This document shows, piece by piece, positions 9,985-18,177 of a DNA stretch of 64,000 bases (positions are counted from its first letter, which is position 1; each line of letters opens with the position of its first letter). Source of the stretch: a bacterium (lineage in GTDB: Bacteria; RBG-13-61-14; DATKZS01); contig CAXXFL010000001.1 of NCBI GenBank assembly GCA_963674965.2, positions 1,024,001 to 1,088,000 of the forward strand, read 5' to 3'. Under the pieces are notes generated by a model. The model was not told where the DNA came from and searched no databases. It worked only from the letters and a program-made list of their open reading frames with translations. A program made the position numbers and the translations under genes.

Positions 9985-11432
9985 TGTACAGACCGGAGAC
10001 ATGGGTAACAGGTGTTCGGAGACATGGGTAACAGTTGGTACATTCTTCTGTATGTCAATACAGGAGAAGAAAGATGCCATGGAATGAGGTTACCGAAGTG
10101 TCTCAGAGGAAGGATTTTGTTTATTTAGCGATGCAGCCAGGTTCCAACATAAGCGAGTTATGCCGTCGATTCGGTATCAGTCGCCGCACCGGCTACAAGT
10201 GGATCAGCCGTGGGCAAAGCGGTGAAGAGGACTGGGCATGTGACAGGTCCCGCCGTCCCAGGCGATCTCCCCAGCGTGTTTGCCCGGAGGTCGAGCAGTT
10301 GGTGCTTTCGGTTCGCGACGAGCATCCGACCTGGGGAGGGCGCAAAATCGAGCGGCGGCTGATCGATCTTGGTCACGACGAAGTGCCAAGGCCGAGCACG
10401 ATCACGGCGATCCTCGACCGCAACGGCAGGCTGCGGGACGCCCAGCGCAAGGCTCGCGGTCCCATGAAGCGTTTCGAACGAGAGGCTCCCAACCAGTTGT
10501 GGCAGATGGATTTCAAGGGACATTTTCCGACGGCGGCCGGTTCCTGTCACCCTCTCACCGTGGTGGACGACCACTCCAGGTTCGCGTTGACGGTCACCGC
10601 CTGCTCCAACGAACGGGCGGACACCGTGCGGGCAAGCCTGGCGCCGGTCTTCATGCGCTACGGCCTGCCCAGCCGCATACTTACCGACAACGGATCGAGC
10701 TTCTGCGCGCCGAACTCGCGTTACAACTACATGAGCGCCTGGCTGATCAGGCTCGGCGTCGGCATCAGCCACGGCCGTCCCTTTCATCCCCAGACCCAGG
10801 GCAAGAACGAGCGGTTCAACCGGACCCTTAAGGAGGAGGCGATAAGGGGACGCAACTTCGGCGCCCTGAACGACTGTCAGAAAGCCTTCGACCGTTTTCG
10901 CGACTGCTATAACCATGAACGTCCCCACGAGGCCCTGGACATGAACACGCCGGCCAGCCGTTACGCGATGAGCCCCTTTGCCTATCCCGAGACTCTGCCC
11001 GAAGTCTGGTATCGGGATGATTGGCCGACTTGCAAGGTGAACCCGGGCGGGGCGGTTAGAATCAAAGGCGAGTTTTATCCGGTGGGGCGGGCCTTCGTTG
11101 GTGAAAAGGTCGGCTTGCGAAATACACAAGTGGACGGCGTGATCGAGGTTTATTACTGCCGCCAACGGATCATGGTCGTCGATCTGCGAGACCATAGCTG
11201 GAGGCAAACGTGATAAAAGGTTTTCTCGACCATGAGGACGATAGCATCTCCACGAGGCCCGTCAAGGGTAAATCCCTGCGGGACGGCTGCGCCGCCCTTG
11301 ACTGGCCACGTGATCGATGCATAGATAAACTTAGGTCGAGGAAAAATAGGTCAATAGCAGGAGCGCGAGCAAGCGAGGAAATATGTTACCTATGTGCCCG
11401 AACACTTGTGAAGCATGTCTCCGGTCTGTACA
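9985..11432 (+). mobile_element. IS481-family insertion sequence, 1448 bp
   Basis: TGT...ACA ends. Perfect 19-bp TIR TGTACAGACCGGAGACATG extending imperfectly to about 49 bp. CTCG duplicated on both sides. Confidence 0.93.
10074..11213 (+). CDS. IS481-family DDE transposase
   Basis: MPW start, HTH 'ELCRRFGISRRTGYKW', WQMDFKG, DDHSRF, TDNG, PQTQGKNERFNRTLKEE, YNHERPHEAL. Confidence 0.96.
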   Translation: MPWNEVTEVSQRKDFVYLAMQPGSNISELCRRFGISRRTGYKWISRGQSGEEDWACDRSRRPRRSPQRVCPEVEQLVLSVRDEHPTWGGRKIERRLIDLGHDEVPRPSTITAILDRNGRLRDAQRKARGPMKRFEREAPNQLWQMDFKGHFPTAAGSCHPLTVVDDHSRFALTVTACSNERADTVRASLAPVFMRYGLPSRILTDNGSSFCAPNSRYNYMSAWLIRLGVGISHGRPFHPQTQGKNERFNRTLKEEAIRGRNFGALNDCQKAFDRFRDCYNHERPHEALDMNTPASRYAMSPFAYPETLPEVWYRDDWPTCKVNPGGAVRIKGEFYPVGRAFVGEKVGLRNTQVDGVIEVYYCRQRIMVVDLRDHSWRQT

Positions 11433-11617
11433 CTCGACGCCGCTTTTCTTCCGAGCGGCTTGACGCGAGGCTGGCCGTTGTATTTTTAGGCCTTGTCAAG
11501 CCAAGGCCATCGAAAGCGCTCTCAAGCGACCACAATCCAAAGCGACTATGCCGCCAAGAAAGGGACTTTTGCAAGAAGCTCTTTCCGGCTAAAATTTTTT
11601 GAGCCAGTATGGTATCC

Positions 11618-12502
11618 CTATGTTTTGAGAAAGCTCAGGGCGAGGCGGTTGAATACATCCGGGCATTCAACGTGAGGAGTGTGTCCGGAATTATCAAATA
11701 CTTGGAGATGAAAATTCCCGGACAAGTTCGTAAAAGCCTCGGAAGTTTCGCGAGGAATGATTTTATCCTTACCGCCATGAATTAGAAGCACGGGTATTCC
11801 ATGGACGGCCAGGACCTTTGCCTCCTTTTCCAGAAAAGGCGGATCAATGCCGCTTTTCACTCCGAACATGACCATATTGTTCGAGCCCGCTATACAAAGG
11901 GGCCTGAAAACCGCAGCCGCGTATTCCTCGGACACGAGGTCCTGGCGCGGGAACATGCCGGACGCCAGCGTTTTTTTTATTATGGGAGCGGCGGGATTTG
12001 AGAGAAAATCCTCGGGCAGATGGAAGTTGGACATAGACCGGTTAACCTTGAAATCGTAGGGCATGATATGGGGAGAAGACAAAACCATGCTCTCGAATCT
12101 TTGGGGGTTGGCCGCCGCCATGGCTACTGCTATGCCTCCTCCCATCGAGTGGGCCACAAGCGAGCATCTTCGAATATCCAGGGCGTCGATTATGGCAAGA
12201 ACCATCTTGGCGAACCTGGTGAAATCCATGGGCCCCTTGAATTTAATACGCTCACTGTATCCGAAACCGGGGAGATCAAGAGCAAAGACCTGGAACCTCT
12301 CGGCAAGCTCCGGAATATTTCGCCGCCACATGACCGAGTGATAGAGAAAGCCATGGATTAAAACCACCGGTCTTCCAGCGCCCTTTACGAAATAGTGTAT
12401 CTTGCGGCCATCCACGGTAATGAATTTGCCTCGCGCGTACCTTATGGCCGCCTCTTCATGAGAGAGCGTCTCAATCGGAAATATTTTATCCATGTCCATC
12501 AT
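11618..12502 (-). CDS. Alpha/beta hydrolase
   Basis: LIHGF, DLPGFGYS, AHSMGG nucleophile elbow, GGKD, SGHTPHVE. The longer ORF start at 12904 runs through MITE copy 3. Confidence 0.88.
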   Translation of the reverse strand: MMDMDKIFPIETLSHEEAAIRYARGKFITVDGRKIHYFVKGAGRPVVLIHGFLYHSVMWRRNIPELAERFQVFALDLPGFGYSERIKFKGPMDFTRFAKMVLAIIDALDIRRCSLVAHSMGGGIAVAMAAANPQRFESMVLSSPHIMPYDFKVNRSMSNFHLPEDFLSNPAAPIIKKTLASGMFPRQDLVSEEYAAAVFRPLCIAGSNNMVMFGVKSGIDPPFLEKEAKVLAVHGIPVLLIHGGKDKIIPRETSEAFTNLSGNFHLQVFDNSGHTPHVECPDVFNRLALSFLKT

Positions 12503-12554
12503 CGCGTGTCCGATTCTACATTTTTGCGTGGATACTTTGAAAATACAACTAAAA

Positions 12555-12740
12555 GAGCCTCTTGCAAAATTCCCGCTTTGGAGTTCGGCGGCTCGACGCC
12601 GCTTTTCTTCCGAGCGGCTTGACGCGAGGCAAGCCGGTGTATTAATAGGCCTTGTCAAGCCAAGGCCATCGAAAGCGGTCTCAAGCGACCGCACTCCAAA
12701 GCGGCTATGCCGCAAAGAAAAGGACTTTTGCAAGAAGCTC
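12555..12740. mobile_element. 186-bp MITE, copy 3
   Basis: TIRs GAGCCTCTTGCAAAA / TTTTGCAAGAAGCTC with AAAA on both flanks. Confidence 0.88.
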
Positions 12741-13162
12741 AAAAGAGTGCATCGATAAAAATGATGACCGTGATCGGGCAACTGAAAATTCCGATTAAAT
12801 CGATCCGAGAATAACAAAAACTTGCGTGATCTTACCGATTTTTTAGTTTTTTGAGGATGTTCTAAATCAAGTACACTGTGAGTATTAGTGTGGCCAAGAT
12901 GCAACAGTTTTAGGATGGTTTTTTAAATATGTTCCGGCAACTGGTTTTGATGTTCTCAGGTGAAAGCTTTGATAACAAGTGTGAAGTATTGTTATCGAAG
13001 CATCTGTTTTAACGGTCGATATCTTCATCAAGTGCAATGATAACTTGCGCTAATCTAACGATATTCTCATACTAGCGCCCAAATGGCCCTCATTGTGAGA
13101 TGAAGCCGTTAGTAAGGTGAAGCGGCTTGGCGATGGCCAGGAAAATCGATTCGCCTGGGCTT

Positions 13163-13178
13163 TGGCATGTTATTAGCT
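13163..13178 (+). promoter_or_regulatory. Putative sigma54 (-24/-12) promoter of lpxC
   Basis: TGGCATGTTATTAGCT, GG-N10-GC spacing, about 60 bp before the ATG. Confidence 0.55.
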
Positions 13179-13236
13179 TATTTCCTACTCGACGGTAGCC
13201 CTTTGCATGGATGCTGAGAAAGGAAATCGGTGCAAA

Positions 13237-14154
13237 ATGTCGAAATTGCAAAAAACGATCGGACGCTCGATAAGTTGCTGCGGAGTTGGCATACATAGCG
13301 GTGAAAAAGTAACCATGACCTTGAATCCCGCCGAGGCCAATCACGGGATAATATTCAACAGGACCGACGTTAACCCTCGGGTTAAAATACCCGCCATCTG
13401 TGAAAACGTCAAAAGCACTTTAAACGCCTCCACTTTGGGGGTCAACGGCACGAGGATTGGAACGGTCGAGCACATCATGGCGGCCCTTGCCGGCCTGTCG
13501 GTTGACAACGTGGATATCGAGGTCGATGGTCCAGAAGTCCCCATTTTAGACGGCAGCGCGGCGCCCTTTGTCGAGCTTATCAAGCAAGCCGGCGTGGTCG
13601 AGCTTGACGCGGCCCGCTCGTGGCTGGTCATCAGGCGGCCGGTCCGGGTGCGCGTGAACGGGTCTTATTCTGAAATACGGCCCTCCTCCAACACGGTATT
13701 CAACTGCTCGATCTCGTATCCCCATCCCATGCTCGAGTACCAGGAGAGGAGCGCGACCCTGACGGCTGACGAGTTCGAGAGCGAGATAGCCGGCGCCAGG
13801 ACCTTCGGTTTCCTTGAGGACATCGATAAGCTGAGGTCACTTGGGCTGGCAAGGGGAGGCTCACTCGAGAACGCCTGCGTTTTCGATGAGAACGGACTCG
13901 TCAACAAGGAAGGCTTCCGCTGGAACGACGAGTGCGTCAGACACAAGATACTCGACATGGTGGGCGACCTGGCCCTGGTCGGGCTTCCCTTCCTGGGCGA
14001 GATCACGGCCCATAAGGCCGGCCATGGCCTAAACCATAAGCTGGTGCATAAGCTTCTTTCCAACCCCGAGAACTACGACGTAGTCGATGGAAGCGAAATC
14101 GGCGAGAACGTAATCGAGTGGCGCGAAAGCGAGGCGAGGGCGGCGTATTTATAG
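13237..14154 (+). CDS. lpxC: UDP-3-O-acyl-N-acetylglucosamine deacetylase
   Basis: LQKTI, GVGIHSG, TVEHIMAAL, EVPILDGSA, ARTFGF, RHKILDMVGDL, GHGLN. Confidence 0.97.
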   Translation: MSKLQKTIGRSISCCGVGIHSGEKVTMTLNPAEANHGIIFNRTDVNPRVKIPAICENVKSTLNASTLGVNGTRIGTVEHIMAALAGLSVDNVDIEVDGPEVPILDGSAAPFVELIKQAGVVELDAARSWLVIRRPVRVRVNGSYSEIRPSSNTVFNCSISYPHPMLEYQERSATLTADEFESEIAGARTFGFLEDIDKLRSLGLARGGSLENACVFDENGLVNKEGFRWNDECVRHKILDMVGDLALVGLPFLGEITAHKAGHGLNHKLVHKLLSNPENYDVVDGSEIGENVIEWRESEARAAYL

Positions 14155-14173
14155 TTACCAATTCAACTTGAAT

Positions 14174-14202
14174 AAAAGCCGCGTTCTATCGCGGCTTTTT
14201 TT
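14174..14202 (+). terminator. Intrinsic terminator after lpxC
   Basis: AAAAGCCGCG-ttctat-CGCGGCTTTTTTT. Confidence 0.8.
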
Positions 14203-14241
14203 ATGGCATAATGGCGGTTTGTTTTTGGATCGCCGAAGATT

Positions 14242-15204
14242 ATGAGTTATCACGTTACAACCGGAAGGTGGAAGCTGGGAGTATTCCTGGCCTTTATCAC
14301 CGCGCTCCTTTGGGCTGCGGCGCCCATTGCCTTGAAGGTGGTCCTGGACGGCATGGGTCCCATTACCATAAGCTGGTTTCGGTTTACCATCGCCATGACG
14401 GCCCTGGCCCCGTATCTGATGGTCAAGGAGGGCTTGCCGCGACCGTCCGAGTTCAAGGGTTTCGCGCCGCTTCTGGCCCTGGCCGCTATTGGCGGACTTT
14501 GCGTTAACCAGATTTTTTTCATGACCGGCCTCGACCGCATCCCGCCGGGAGCGGCCGTGGTAGTCATCCAATCGGCCAACTTGTTCTTCCTCGTGGGCGG
14601 GCTGATCGTCTTCCGGGAGAGCTTTGGGTGGAAACAAATGGCGGGGTGCGCCGCCTTTGCCCTGGGCCTGGTTTTTTTCTTTAACGAAAGGATTGGAAAA
14701 CTGGTCCATGGCATTGACGAGTACGCAATCGGCGTGGGCTTTATTCTAGTGGCGGCCCTGGGATGGGCCTTGTACGCGCTGGCCCAGAAGCAGCTTCTGA
14801 ACCACATATCTTCCCTTAAAATAATGCTTCTGGTTTACGCGGGGGGCTGCGCCTGTTTCCTTCCCTTGTCCAGTCCGAAGGAGGCGCTGGGTCTTACTTT
14901 TCTGCAGGGGGCGCTTTTACTGTTCGCCGGGCTGAACACCGTGGTCGGATACGGCTGCTTTTCCGAGGCGCTCGATCACGCGCCGGCCACGCGGGTCAGC
15001 TCGGTGCTGGCTTCCATACCCATATTGTCGCTGATCATGTCCCGGGCGGTCGCCGCGCTGGTACCCGGCTACATCGAGCCCCAGCCGCTGAACTGGCTTG
15101 CCGTCGCGGGGGCCTTCATGGTGATGATGGGTTCGATCACGGCCGCGGTCTCGAGCAAGTCCTCACTCGCGGCGGAAAGCCCCGAGGCGGGGGCGCCCTC
15201 TTAG
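14242..15204 (+). CDS. DMT/EamA family transporter
   Basis: About 10 TM helices in two EamA repeats (ALLW, FRF, GLIVFRE). Confidence 0.88.
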   Translation: MSYHVTTGRWKLGVFLAFITALLWAAAPIALKVVLDGMGPITISWFRFTIAMTALAPYLMVKEGLPRPSEFKGFAPLLALAAIGGLCVNQIFFMTGLDRIPPGAAVVVIQSANLFFLVGGLIVFRESFGWKQMAGCAAFALGLVFFFNERIGKLVHGIDEYAIGVGFILVAALGWALYALAQKQLLNHISSLKIMLLVYAGGCACFLPLSSPKEALGLTFLQGALLLFAGLNTVVGYGCFSEALDHAPATRVSSVLASIPILSLIMSRAVAALVPGYIEPQPLNWLAVAGAFMVMMGSITAAVSSKSSLAAESPEAGAPS

Positions 15205-16505
15205 ATGCGGCACCCTTCCTCGAAATATTTGTAGTTCAGTCTTCTGCCCACGTTCAGCGCCAGGAAGGGAGCGAAGTCCTTTTTCGTCCAGGCCATCCGC
15301 CTGAAGATCGATTTGGCCGAGTACATGCGGCGGTAAGCCTTGAGGTATCCCTCCAGCAGTTGGCTGGGACTCATCTTCTTCGGCTGGTACACAACATGGT
15401 TCATGTCGTAGCGCGACCAGTCGTGATGAAGGATTCGACCCTCCCCGGACATGTCCTCGTAAAGCTGGGTAAAAGGAAGTGGAGTGAAAATATAGAAATT
15501 GGCGCCCTCGATCTTGTTGTCCTCGCAGAATCTGACCGTGTTGTCGAATACGTTCGGATCGTCGTCGTCGAACCCAAAGATAAAGGAGCCGAAAACCTTG
15601 ATTCCCGCGCCCCGGATGGCGGCGAGGCTGCGCTTGAATTTTTCCGTCGAGTTCACCCGCGACTTGCCCACCGCCGCCAGGTTCACGTCGTTGACGCTTT
15701 CAATGCCGATGAACAGCCACTCGCAACCGCTTCGGGCGGCCAGATCGAGAAGCTCCGGGTCCTCGCCCACCCGGATGTCGGCCTGGCTGTACCATTTCCT
15801 CTTGAGCGGGATCATGGCCTCGAAGAGCTTTTTGGCCCGGTTGGGAGAGCCCGCAATATTGTCGTCCACTATAACCATATAGCCCGGAGGCATGGACTTT
15901 ATCTCCTCCACCACCTCGTCGATGGGACGGAAGCGGAACTGTCGGCCCCAGAACTGGCTGACGGCGCAGTAGCTGCAAGCGTGAGGACATCCTCTCGCGG
16001 TCTCGATTACGTTGGGCAGGCTGTAGGCCTTGCGGTTAACAAGGTCAAGCCTGGGTTTGGGAAGCCCCACCAGGTCGTGAGGGGTCTCGGACTTGTATTG
16101 CCTTTTCATCCCTGTCCCCAAAAAGTCCTCGATAAGAGAATCCCAGGCGCCCTCCGCCTCGCCTATTACGATGGCGTCGCAATGCTCGAGGGCTTCCTCA
16201 GGGAAGAAGCTTACGTGGAACCCGCCCATCACCACCGGGACACCAGCCGCCCGGAAGCGGTCCGCGATCTGGTAGGCCCGCGCCGAGACCTGAGTAATAA
16301 CCGTGATGCCGACCAAGTCGGGCCGGAGGTTGAAATCGACGTCCTCGATCGACTCGTCAACGATCTTTATATCGAAAAGATGATCGGCCCTGGCCGCTAA
16401 AAGGGGAAGATTCAGCTTGGGAATCGAGGACTTGCGACGACGTTTCGAACCGATACGGTCCTTGTCCTGACCCGGATGAATAAGTAAAAGAGTAGGCTTG
16501 GCCAT
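15201..16505 (-). CDS. B12-binding radical SAM protein
   Basis: PVVMGGFHVS, GEAE, RGCPHACSYC (CxxxCxxC), DDN, GIES, TPLPFT. Confidence 0.92.
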   Translation of the reverse strand: MAKPTLLLIHPGQDKDRIGSKRRRKSSIPKLNLPLLAARADHLFDIKIVDESIEDVDFNLRPDLVGITVITQVSARAYQIADRFRAAGVPVVMGGFHVSFFPEEALEHCDAIVIGEAEGAWDSLIEDFLGTGMKRQYKSETPHDLVGLPKPRLDLVNRKAYSLPNVIETARGCPHACSYCAVSQFWGRQFRFRPIDEVVEEIKSMPPGYMVIVDDNIAGSPNRAKKLFEAMIPLKRKWYSQADIRVGEDPELLDLAARSGCEWLFIGIESVNDVNLAAVGKSRVNSTEKFKRSLAAIRGAGIKVFGSFIFGFDDDDPNVFDNTVRFCEDNKIEGANFYIFTPLPFTQLYEDMSGEGRILHHDWSRYDMNHVVYQPKKMSPSQLLEGYLKAYRRMYSAKSIFRRMAWTKKDFAPFLALNVGRRLNYKYFEEGCRI

Positions 16506-17033
16506 AATGAACTCACTTTGCGGAAGAAAGCGCGGAGGGCTTAAATAACGGTCCGCGGAAAATACCGATTCATGCCGCGAGAATCTGGAATGACGTCGCG
16601 ACCCCCGACAGTAAGGATTGCTTTCCCATGACAGGATACGTACAAGCGGCAATAGAAAGCTTAAAAGATACTCATAACGAGTTACCGCCCCTTCATCCCC
16701 ACAGGTAACTAAATATATTATACTCTCCCCGCAGCCGCTTGGCAAGGGAAATTAGACACGCGAGTCTAATTTTTTCAAATCGGTTGTGGCCCTGCCGCTC
16801 GTGATGAAGACCCGGCGGAAAACCAGCATGACGTCACTTAATTTAGGCGATCGATACCCGTATCAATACCCTTATCCTAACTTCGCCGTCCGTTGAGGTC
16901 TCCTTGTAGTTTGATCCCTCTTTCCCAGGGTCCCGGCCTCGCGCCAAGACATTCACCTGACGGGTGAATCTCTATGATGGTAAATTTAAGAGAAATAATC
17001 TTCGCCCGTGATTGAGTTTTGTCATGAATCGCT

Positions 17034-17999
17034 TTAAAGGAGTTCTTCCTTTATAGTGGACCAATGGATGTTAACTATCTCTGGTGATCTTTGAGGATCA
17101 GAAGCGTCCCAAAAAGAAAAATATTCAAGCTCTTTTTCCTGATTAAACGGGTCCGCGGCTAGCATTGCCCTATGCATGGCTTCATGATTGACCTTATAAG
17201 CGTCGACAACTCTGAATTTATGACCGTAAATGGCGTTGGACATGAGAGGAATGGGTATTAAAAGCGTAAACAGAATCGCAAAAGGCGAGAGAATTTTTTG
17301 GAGCAACGTGTATTCCGATCTTGATTTACCGAATTTTGTGCGCTTTCTTTTTCCCTGCCCGCTAATGCAGTCGACTTGAGTTAGCATCTCAACGTAATAT
17401 CTTCCCTTTTCAGCATCTTTTAAGATACTGAGAGGTACCCTGAAAACGCCGAACTCTCCCTCGCTCATATGTACGCTCATTTGCCACTGAAAAATGAAAT
17501 GCTCGGTTTTAGGTTTGCCGAACGCCTTTTTTAGCTTCAACGCTAAATTAAATTCCCGGGGCTCATCATGAGCGTTTTCAACCATCACAAGCCAGCGATA
17601 AGAACCTCCAGGTATATATTCTTTTTCCTTGCTCATCATGGCGAATTTTACGCCGTTTTGTTCGTATATTTCTTTGGCCTTAACGCGGCCGTGAAGAAAC
17701 TCGGGATACTCTCCGGCGCCGTAAAAAAGATGTAAATATTTGTAAGTTCCCCAGATGAAGAGAAAAAAGAATGGGATCGCCAGCAAAAGCATAAGCGGAT
17801 AGCCGTCGAGGCCGGAAATTATCAAGATAAACGAGATAAAAAAACCGGTGAACGCTAAAAAAAAAAATAAATATTTCTTTGTTCCATTATAAAGTGCCCT
17901 CAAAATCTGAAAATCTGGGGGACGAAATCTGGGGGACATCACAGATATCTCGCCTCTTTTCAGCTTTATCCGCATTATTACGTATCTAATCTCTCCCAA
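17034..17999 (-). CDS. Hypothetical membrane protein, AT-rich (5' end uncertain, overlaps a repeat)
   Basis: Long AT-rich ORF with two N-terminal TM segments and a later hydrophobic segment. Confidence 0.5.
   Translation of the reverse strand: MGEIRYVIMRIKLKRGEISVMSPRFRPPDFQILRALYNGTKKYLFFFLAFTGFFISFILIISGLDGYPLMLLLAIPFFFLFIWGTYKYLHLFYGAGEYPEFLHGRVKAKEIYEQNGVKFAMMSKEKEYIPGGSYRWLVMVENAHDEPREFNLALKLKKAFGKPKTEHFIFQWQMSVHMSEGEFGVFRVPLSILKDAEKGRYYVEMLTQVDCISGQGKRKRTKFGKSRSEYTLLQKILSPFAILFTLLIPIPLMSNAIYGHKFRVVDAYKVNHEAMHRAMLAADPFNQEKELEYFSFWDASDPQRSPEIVNIHWSTIKEELL
17909..17980. repeat. GGGGAC-type REP-like repeat, copy A
   Basis: (AAATCTGGGGGAC)x2 followed by ATCTCGCCTCTTTTCAGCTTTATCCGCATTATTA, similar to 21012-21082. 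Confidence 0.6.
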
Positions 18000-18177
18000 T
18001 ACTTCACTTTCTCAGTCCCATTTTGAAGCGGTAGCCCCTATTACTTCACCAATTCCAATTTGCAACCGACAACCGGGAAACGGATTGGCAATCCATGTGT
18101 TTACCATTGCCCGTATTGAAACCATCTTTTCAATTGCTCCGTCCTTTCGGGACTCCTAGTCGTTTGGCCCTTCTTCC

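Larger units (their letters stand above)
9944..11581. mobile_element. 186-bp MITE, copy 2, split by the IS481 element (9944-9984 plus 11437-11581)
   Basis: The two parts (41+145 bp) rejoin to 186 bp matching copies 1 and 3 once the IS and one CTCG are removed. Confidence 0.88.

Noticed and set aside
9996-10033. Direct repeat GGAGACATGGGTAACAG x2
   Set aside because: Transposase-binding repeats in the IS481 left end, not a CRISPR array or iteron.
11582-12554. Hydrolase as cargo of a composite transposon formed by MITE copies 2 and 3
   Set aside because: Copy 3 has its own AAAA TSD on both sides, indicating independent insertion, and there is no shared outer TSD.
12503-12904. N-terminal extension of the 428-aa hydrolase ORF
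   Set aside because: Reads through MITE copy 3 and the AT-rich intergenic region. The real start is near 12502.
16510-17030. Possible ncRNA in the long intergenic region
   Set aside because: Only short hairpins (e.g. ATTCACC-tgacg-GGTGAAT); no recognisable RNA family motif.
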